Assembly (NCBI GenBank): GCA_965216315.1
Contig: CBDCFN010000016.1
Span: forward strand, 64,001-128,000
Direction: 5' to 3'
Origin: a bacterium
GTDB taxonomy: Bacteria > UBA10199 > 2-02-FULL-50-16 > JAJFLM01
DNA: 64,000 bases
Both the position numbers and the translations under genes were made by a program. Within the stretch, counting starts at the first letter, position 1. The number at the start of each line of letters is the position of its first letter. This document shows positions 58,023 through 64,000 of the stretch, piece by piece. The notes beneath the pieces are model-generated. The model was not told the origin of the DNA. It ran no database searches and saw only the letters and a list, made by a program, of their open reading frames with translations.

Positions 58023-60938
58023 CTAGAAGGAGGTCCCGAAATCGAGGATCAGGATGCCGTTGCGGACGCTATGACCGAGGATGGGGTCGGTGACCGCCGA
58101 GACGCGATTGCGGTTGGTGACAATGAATCCGTAACCGAGGCGGCCCATGATCGGCAGATGGTAGCCGAGGACGAAATTGGCTCGTAATTCGGCGCCAACG
58201 CCCAATAAAAAATCGTCGAAGAAGTTTCGAGGTCCCGGCGTCTGGCCCTTATTCCAGGCGTTGCCGTAGTCGGCAAAAAGCGCCAAAGAGACCTGGTTCA
58301 AAAAGAACGGATAGGTGCCCAAACCGCGTTGGACCGAGAAGAGGGGCATGCGGTACTCAGCCGAAAAGACCAGCGCGCGATCGCGTAAAAAAGTCGTCAG
58401 CGGGAGGCCCCGCAGCGTGAAGGTTCGGTTGGAGGTCGTGGCAATCGGGCTTTCACCTAAAGAACCACCGACGGCAAAGGTTCCCTGTGTCAGCGTGTCA
58501 CCCAATGCGACGCCAAACATTTGGCGGAAGGCGAGCACGTGATTTTTGTTCCAAGGCATCTCAACGTATTGACGCGTGTCCGTTGCAAAGATCGTTTGTT
58601 CCATATTGTTGCTGGCACCGAAGATACTATTCGTAATGTCGACGGTGGCCCGGACGTAGTAGGACTCGCGAGGGCTGATGGCCGCGCGATATTTTTTGCG
58701 CTGATTCCAAATGTATCCGAAACGCATGCCGGCGAAGCGACCCAGTACCGGTTGAAAGGCGGCGCCGGCGGGAATCGTAGTTTCGGCGCTGCGATCCTCG
58801 AAGAAATACTGCGCGGAAAGAACATGCCCGCCTTTGAGCGCGCCACGGACGCCTGCATAACCGCGGCGTCTCTCTTCAAAGAAGTCCTGTCCGTTGCCGA
58901 ATATATCCCCGAAGTTGACCGCAAAATCCGCAAAGCCGACGAAGAACTTGGGGGCGTAGCGGCCGTATTGGTAGCCCACACCAAAGCCGGCGAAGTCGGC
59001 ATCCGTTCGGTACGATACACTCCCGAACCAGGAATGACGGGCCAGTGGGTCCTGCGAGCCGATGATGGCGTTCAAAAAGATCGCCTCATCTAAGAAGGCC
59101 GCATTGGGTCGGATGTAGTGGGGCAAGAGTGCCGGGCTCAACGGGGTGTAGGGTCTGTCATCATAATCTTCGCTCATGGGCGCGGACGCGCTGGTTGCCG
59201 GAATGAGCGGCTCGGTATTTTTAGTTTTGGTTGCAAAGATGGAATTCAACGGGTGCGCTATCGGTTGTGCAGTGGCATCCCTCAATTCATAACCATCGCC
59301 GGTGTAGTATTGAAAAGTCAGTTGTTGTGAGTTGGGTTGAGGGGCCGCGGAAAACGCACCGGTGAGAGTTTCCGTGACCATTGCCGTCCGACGTGTCGCC
59401 CATTCATAGCGGTAGATGTTGTAGAAGCCACTGCGATCCGAACTGAAATAGATATAACGGCCATCCGGGCTCCAACGCGGGTAGAGGTCGGAGTGGCCGC
59501 TGGAAATAGTCCGCAATTCCTGGCCCAGGTCATTGTAGACGACGATGTCGCGATTGCCGTTGCGCGCGACCGATGCAGCAATGCCGCGCGGTGACCAATC
59601 GAGATGATCGATGCGTCGATTGGCCGGCATGGGTTTTTTGATTGAGAGTTTTTTGGTTTTGATCGTGTAGATACCAATGCGATCGCCGTCTTTCTGGTGA
59701 ATGCTGACGGCGATGCGTGTCCCGTCCGGTGAATAGGCGGCATCTCGGGCCCGACGTCCCTTGGTTAGTGCAGCGGCTTTCTGAGTCTCCATGTCATAGC
59801 GATAAAGATCCGTGTAAAAATAACCGCGCTTGTTAATGCCCCGGCTTGTATAGGCGATATAGCGACCGTCAGGACTCCATGACATCTGAGCGGGTCCGTG
59901 TTTTTCGAAGAGGACATAATCCTCGTTGCCGGACTTGATACGGACTTCCGTCGCTCGGTCCGGTGCCGCGGAAACATAAGCGAGTTCGGTTCCCTCACGG
60001 TTCCAGGCCGGAGCACTGTAAAAACCTTTTTTGGAAGTGACGAGCGGGCGGCCCTGTTGTCGCTGGCTGTTGCGGTAGGCCGCTATTTCTTTGGCGTAGC
60101 GCTGGCGTAAATGACCTTTCCAGTCACGCCATAATTGGTACCAGTACTTACCAAAGACACGTTTGGCCTTGTTGTTGAGTGAAAAGAACCACAATGATGC
60201 GCCGTACTTGTGACTGAATTGCGCAATTTTATCGCGGCCGTAGGTCTCCGCCAGATAGTTCCAAAAGGCGACGCCGTAGATGTAGCCGGCTCGCCAGGCC
60301 GGCCAGTCATGCATCGACCCGGCGGCTTTATCGATCGGAAGAAATTTGTCACGGATGATGTCCGTACGGACGATCATTTCCGCGTAACTCGAACGTCCCC
60401 GGCCATAACCCGTAATCGCGGTTTCATAGTATGTCGCCATCCCTTCCGTGATCCAGGTCGGGGAGAGTGCATTCGTCGCGACGATTTTGCCGAGCAGAAA
60501 CTTGAGTATCTTGGCAGGGTAACCCGCATCCGACAAATTGAGCACGTGCGTGTATTCGTGCGCAATGAGCAGCCGGAGCCAGTCGCCATAATAGTCCAAG
60601 GGGCTACCGGCCGTTGGCGGCACCATTCTTAAGATCATCAGGTTGTAGGGAATGACGGTAGCAAAACCGTTGGCTTGGTCATGTTGATCCGTCAGGACGA
60701 CTTCGACTTTACCTTTTGGATAAACATTAAATTCGCGTCCGAGCGCTTGGTGCATTTCTTCCAGGATATGGGCTGAACGATGGGCGACGTCGCGATAGCC
60801 ACTTTGATAATGGAGACGGAAGTGCTCGGTATGGATGGTTCGGTATTTGCTGCTCCCCGGGACGAGGCCAGCGCTTGAGACTTGAGCCAGACTCAGGACA
60901 AAAGCGAGGGCAAGGCTGAAAATGATGACCTGGCGCAC
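58023..60938 (-). CDS. Outer membrane protein: peptidase MA-like domain + TolB/PD40 beta-propeller + BamA/Omp85-like barrel
   Basis: Signal peptide, AHEYTH and WITEGMATYYE, WSPDG repeats, LRG..SAEYR..FADYGNAW, C-terminal GTSF. Confidence 0.85.
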   Translation of the reverse strand: MRQVIIFSLALAFVLSLAQVSSAGLVPGSSKYRTIHTEHFRLHYQSGYRDVAHRSAHILEEMHQALGREFNVYPKGKVEVVLTDQHDQANGFATVIPYNLMILRMVPPTAGSPLDYYGDWLRLLIAHEYTHVLNLSDAGYPAKILKFLLGKIVATNALSPTWITEGMATYYETAITGYGRGRSSYAEMIVRTDIIRDKFLPIDKAAGSMHDWPAWRAGYIYGVAFWNYLAETYGRDKIAQFSHKYGASLWFFSLNNKAKRVFGKYWYQLWRDWKGHLRQRYAKEIAAYRNSQRQQGRPLVTSKKGFYSAPAWNREGTELAYVSAAPDRATEVRIKSGNEDYVLFEKHGPAQMSWSPDGRYIAYTSRGINKRGYFYTDLYRYDMETQKAAALTKGRRARDAAYSPDGTRIAVSIHQKDGDRIGIYTIKTKKLSIKKPMPANRRIDHLDWSPRGIAASVARNGNRDIVVYNDLGQELRTISSGHSDLYPRWSPDGRYIYFSSDRSGFYNIYRYEWATRRTAMVTETLTGAFSAAPQPNSQQLTFQYYTGDGYELRDATAQPIAHPLNSIFATKTKNTEPLIPATSASAPMSEDYDDRPYTPLSPALLPHYIRPNAAFLDEAIFLNAIIGSQDPLARHSWFGSVSYRTDADFAGFGVGYQYGRYAPKFFVGFADFAVNFGDIFGNGQDFFEERRRGYAGVRGALKGGHVLSAQYFFEDRSAETTIPAGAAFQPVLGRFAGMRFGYIWNQRKKYRAAISPRESYYVRATVDITNSIFGASNNMEQTIFATDTRQYVEMPWNKNHVLAFRQMFGVALGDTLTQGTFAVGGSLGESPIATTSNRTFTLRGLPLTTFLRDRALVFSAEYRMPLFSVQRGLGTYPFFLNQVSLALFADYGNAWNKGQTPGPRNFFDDFLLGVGAELRANFVLGYHLPIMGRLGYGFIVTNRNRVSAVTDPILGHSVRNGILILDFGTSF

Positions 60939-61011
60939 GAAAGGGGAGCATATCCTGTTTTACCCAATCATTTCAATTAATTTCATCAGGATGGGCCCCA
61001 TCTTTCTCCTC

Positions 61012-61040
61012 TTGACAGTCGGCAGAGCTCTCCGTACAGT
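61012..61040 (+). promoter_or_regulatory. Sigma-70 promoter
   Basis: TTGACA-N17-TACAGT immediately before the riboswitch. Confidence 0.75.
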
Positions 61041-61052
61041 TGCCGGTACATT

Positions 61053-61173
61053 TTCTTATCAAGAGTGGCTGAGGGACTGGCCCGGTGACGCCACAGCAAC
61101 CACCCCATCCGGGGCAGGTGCTAATTCCAGCCCTGTGAGATGCAAAATTCATCTCATGGGGGGCAGATAAGAA
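61053..61173 (+). ncRNA. SAM-I riboswitch (S-box)
   Basis: TTCTTATCAAGAG..GAGGGACTGGCCC..GCAACC..GGTGCTAATTCC..GATAAGAA; P1 closes TTCTTATC/GATAAGAA. Confidence 0.95.
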
Positions 61174-61190
61174 GAGCAACTTTTAAGGGA

Positions 61191-61225
61191 CCTCTTCTTA
61201 ACATTATTTAAGAAGGGGTTTTTTT
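61191..61225 (+). terminator. Riboswitch expression-platform terminator
   Basis: CCTCTTCTTAA-CATTAT-TTAAGAAGGGG followed by a T7 tract. Confidence 0.85.
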
Positions 61226-61237
61226 ATAGGAACTGGA

Positions 61238-62140
61238 ATGGCGGAATCACTACTCGACGCAACCGGCAATACGCCACTGCTGCATATCGATCTCGAAGTC
61301 CCGGAGGGGACGGTCAATCTTTATGCGAAGTTGGAGCGCTTTAATCCGAGCGTTTCGATCAAGGACAGGAACGTGCGCGCGATGATCGACGCGGCGGAAC
61401 AAAGTGGGGAGCTTCAAGCGGGTGGAACCGTTCTTGAGCCCGTTGCCGGCAATACGGGAATTGCCTTGGCGCACATCTGTAACGTTCGCGGCTATCAACT
61501 TATTCTTACTATGCCCGAGGATTACATGCCGGAGCGGCGCCATATTTTAAAACGCCTGGGAATTAAGATTGAAACGACGCCGGCCGATCAGGGGATCGCG
61601 GGTGCGGTTGAGCGGGCGCAGGTTATCAAGACCGAGCATCCCGACTATTATGTGCCCGACCATTTTACCAATGAGGTGCAGGTTGAGGCGCATCGAGCCG
61701 GGTTGGTCCGTGAGATCTTGGACGATCTCAACGGGGTGTCGATCGATGCGTTTATTGGGAGTATTGGCACGGGGAGCAGTCTAGTGGCCATTGCGGAGGC
61801 GCTTAAGCCCGCCGGGACACAAATCATCGCGGTCGAGCCGGCGGCGGCGAAGCATGCGATCCAGGGAATCGGATTCGGATTCCAACCGCCCTATCTCAAG
61901 GAGGGAACGATCGATCATGTCGAAAAAGTGAGCGATCAAGATGCCGTGCAAGGCTTTCGAGAAATGGCTGCTGAGACCGGTGTGTTAGGGGGGTTGTCCT
62001 GTGGAGCGAATTACATTGTCGCCAAAAGAATGGCCCGGACCCTCGGGCCGGATAAAAATATTTTGACGGTTTTTTATGATGGCGGGGAACGCTACTTTAG
62101 TTTGGAGAAAGAACTAAAGAATGAAGGAGTAAAATCATGA
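61238..62140 (+). CDS. Cysteine synthase family PLP protein (divergent CysK-like)
   Basis: GNTPL, AKLERFNPSVSIKDR, GNTG, IQGIG, DGGERY; substrate loop altered. Confidence 0.85.
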   Translation: MAESLLDATGNTPLLHIDLEVPEGTVNLYAKLERFNPSVSIKDRNVRAMIDAAEQSGELQAGGTVLEPVAGNTGIALAHICNVRGYQLILTMPEDYMPERRHILKRLGIKIETTPADQGIAGAVERAQVIKTEHPDYYVPDHFTNEVQVEAHRAGLVREILDDLNGVSIDAFIGSIGTGSSLVAIAEALKPAGTQIIAVEPAAAKHAIQGIGFGFQPPYLKEGTIDHVEKVSDQDAVQGFREMAAETGVLGGLSCGANYIVAKRMARTLGPDKNILTVFYDGGERYFSLEKELKNEGVKS

Positions 62141-63363
62141 GTTCTGTACGGTGGCTAAAATGTCGGGAGTGCGGGGAAAAATACGAAATTGCACCCAATC
62201 ATGTCTGCGAGATGTGTTTTGGTCCGCTCGAAGTCGGCTATGACTACGAAAAAATAAAGAAAAAACTGACGCGTGAGGTGATCGAATCCCGTCCTTATAC
62301 GATGTGGCGTTATCGTGAACTGTTGCCGATTGACAAAGAGCCGACGGTTGGGACGCAGGTCGGTTATACGCCTTTGATTGATGCCAAGCGCTTGGCGGGG
62401 GCTCTGGGGGTTAAAAAAGTCTGGGTCAAGAACGATGGCCTCAATCATCCTACCTTATCCTTTAAGGACCGGGTTGTTTCGGTGGCCTTGTCGAAAGCCA
62501 AAGAGTTCGGGTTTGATACGGCGTCGTGCGCATCGACCGGCAATCTTGCCAATTCCGTGGCTGCAAATGCCGCGAGTGCGGGGATGAAAAGCTATGTGTT
62601 TATCCCGCATGACCTGGAGCAGGGGAAGATCTTGGGCGCGTTGATTTACGGAGCGCGTGTGGTCGGCATCAAAGGGAATTACGACGAAGTCAACCGCCTC
62701 TGCAGTGAGATCGCGAACAAATATAAATGGGCCTTTGTGAATATCAATATTCGACCTTATTACGCGGAGGGGTCCAAGACGCTCGGTTACGAAGTTGTCG
62801 AGCAGCTTAACTGGAAGACGCCCGATCATTTTGTCGTGCCTATGGCGAGTGGGTCTTTGTTGACCAAGATTCACAAGTCGCTCAAGGAGATGGAGCAGTT
62901 AGGGCTCATCAAGAAAAGTAAAGCCAAGGTCCACGGCGCTCAAGCGACCGGGTGTAGCCCGATTGCCAAAGCTTTTAAAGATGGGATGGACTTCTTTCAA
63001 CCGGTGATTCCCGATACGATCTGCAAATCGCTTGCAATTGGTAATCCGGCGGACGGGTATTATGCCTTGCAGACGATTCGTGAAACCAAGGCGGTCGCCG
63101 AAGATGTCAGTGACAAAGAATTGGTCGCGGCGATGCGGCTGCTTGCCGAGACTGAAGGCATCTTTGCCGAGACGGCTGGCGGTGTGACGGTCGGCGTGAC
63201 GAAAAAATTGATTAAACAGGGAGTCATTAAAAAAGACGATACGGTAGTTATCTACAATACGGGAAATGGGTTGAAGACCCAGGAGGCGGTCCAGCCGGTC
63301 TTGCCGAAGCCGGATATTATCAAGCCGCATATTGATGAAGTCGATCGAATCTTAAAAAAGTAG
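62137..63363 (+). CDS. thrC: Threonine synthase (Zn-ribbon type)
   Basis: CRECG..CEMC, MWRYRELLP, HPTLSFKDR, CASTGN, EGSKT, TGNGLKT. Confidence 0.9.
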   Translation: MSSVRWLKCRECGEKYEIAPNHVCEMCFGPLEVGYDYEKIKKKLTREVIESRPYTMWRYRELLPIDKEPTVGTQVGYTPLIDAKRLAGALGVKKVWVKNDGLNHPTLSFKDRVVSVALSKAKEFGFDTASCASTGNLANSVAANAASAGMKSYVFIPHDLEQGKILGALIYGARVVGIKGNYDEVNRLCSEIANKYKWAFVNINIRPYYAEGSKTLGYEVVEQLNWKTPDHFVVPMASGSLLTKIHKSLKEMEQLGLIKKSKAKVHGAQATGCSPIAKAFKDGMDFFQPVIPDTICKSLAIGNPADGYYALQTIRETKAVAEDVSDKELVAAMRLLAETEGIFAETAGGVTVGVTKKLIKQGVIKKDDTVVIYNTGNGLKTQEAVQPVLPKPDIIKPHIDEVDRILKK

Positions 63364-63398
63364 GGGCGCCGCTTGCCGCGCCCGTACATGGAGGAAAT

Positions 63399-63719
63399 AT
63401 GGCAACCAAGAAGACGGTAAAAAAGAAAACCGCACGCAAGACGACAAAGCGACCGGTGACTAAGAAGGGCAAAAAGGTGAAGCGCAAAGTCTATCTGACT
63501 TTTCCACGTGCCAAGACCAAAGAAGCGATTATTTGCGACATGTATGATCGATATAAGGTGCGCTTTAATATTCGATCGGCTTCCGTTGATGATCAAATGG
63601 GTCTCATCGCCTTGGAGATGGAGGCGCCGGATTATGATACTTTAGTGACGGCGTTCAAGTATTTTGAGCGACGCGGCGTCAAGGTAGAGCCGATTGAGAT
63701 CAACGTAATCGAGCCCTGA
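63399..63719 (+). CDS. NIL domain protein with Lys-rich N-terminal tail
   Basis: KVYLTFP..EAII..VRFNIRSASV..GLIALEM..GVKVEPIE; SD GGAGG. Confidence 0.85.
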   Translation: MATKKTVKKKTARKTTKRPVTKKGKKVKRKVYLTFPRAKTKEAIICDMYDRYKVRFNIRSASVDDQMGLIALEMEAPDYDTLVTAFKYFERRGVKVEPIEINVIEP

Positions 63720-64000
63720 TGCTGATACGCAATATACTAGAACAAGTGGGCAATACCCCACTCGTGCGGATACGTAAGGCGGGCAATGATATCCCGCAAG
63801 TGGCTTCGGGAGATGTCGAGATCTACGCCAAGCTCGAGTATTTCAATCCCGGCGGGTCGGTCAAGGACCGCGCGGCCAAACGCATGGTTGAAGAAGCACT
63901 TCGGAGTGGCGACCTGAAGCCGGGTAAAACATTGATTGATTCAACCTCCGGTAATACGGGGATTGCCTATGCGATGATCGGGGCCGCGTTGAAGTATCCG
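63719..64000 (+). CDS. Cysteine synthase (CysM/CysK family), truncated by the window end
   Basis: MLIRNILEQVGNTPLV..YAKLEYFNPGGSVKDRAA..DSTSGNTGIAYA. Confidence 0.9.
   Translation, partial: MLIRNILEQVGNTPLVRIRKAGNDIPQVASGDVEIYAKLEYFNPGGSVKDRAAKRMVEEALRSGDLKPGKTLIDSTSGNTGIAYAMIGAALKYP

Overview
A 64 kb chromosomal window from a moderately GC-rich Gram-negative bacterium. Gene content suggests a Deltaproteobacteria-like lineage (Bdellovibrionota/Myxococcota relatives); this is an inference. The left part (1-27.4 kb) is mostly housekeeping: purN/purM, a PAS histidine kinase followed by three tandem sigma-54 activators, folC, hemB, polA, an MscS channel, hemC, cobA-hemD, rplM-rpsI-argC and hisC. 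The right part (51-64 kb) holds ogt, comEC, tRNA-Val(CAC), a peptidase/TolB/BamA-like outer-membrane protein and a SAM-I riboswitch-controlled cysK-like/thrC/NIL/cysM operon. The middle (27.4-51.3 kb) is an accessory region of orphan genes, two TIGR02147 + lipoprotein pairs, secreted repeat proteins, a Fic protein and a helicase fused to an RpoD-like region 4. The main discovery, read directly from the DNA, is that nearly every orphan gene in this middle region has the same composite upstream element. It is a 16-bp palindrome (GTYNAC-N4-GTNRAC) placed 18-19 or 29-31 bp (one helical turn apart) upstream of an alternative-sigma-like promoter CAAC-N16/17-CGA(T/C/A)A. The downstream orphan proteins share Ser/Thr/Ala/Ile/Pro-rich, nearly charge-free N-termini, and one copy drives a short structured transcript ending in a terminator. 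Together this looks like an undescribed activator plus alternative-sigma regulon of candidate exported effectors, with the TIGR02147 HTH proteins as candidate regulators. All motif matches were found by eye; no database searches were run.
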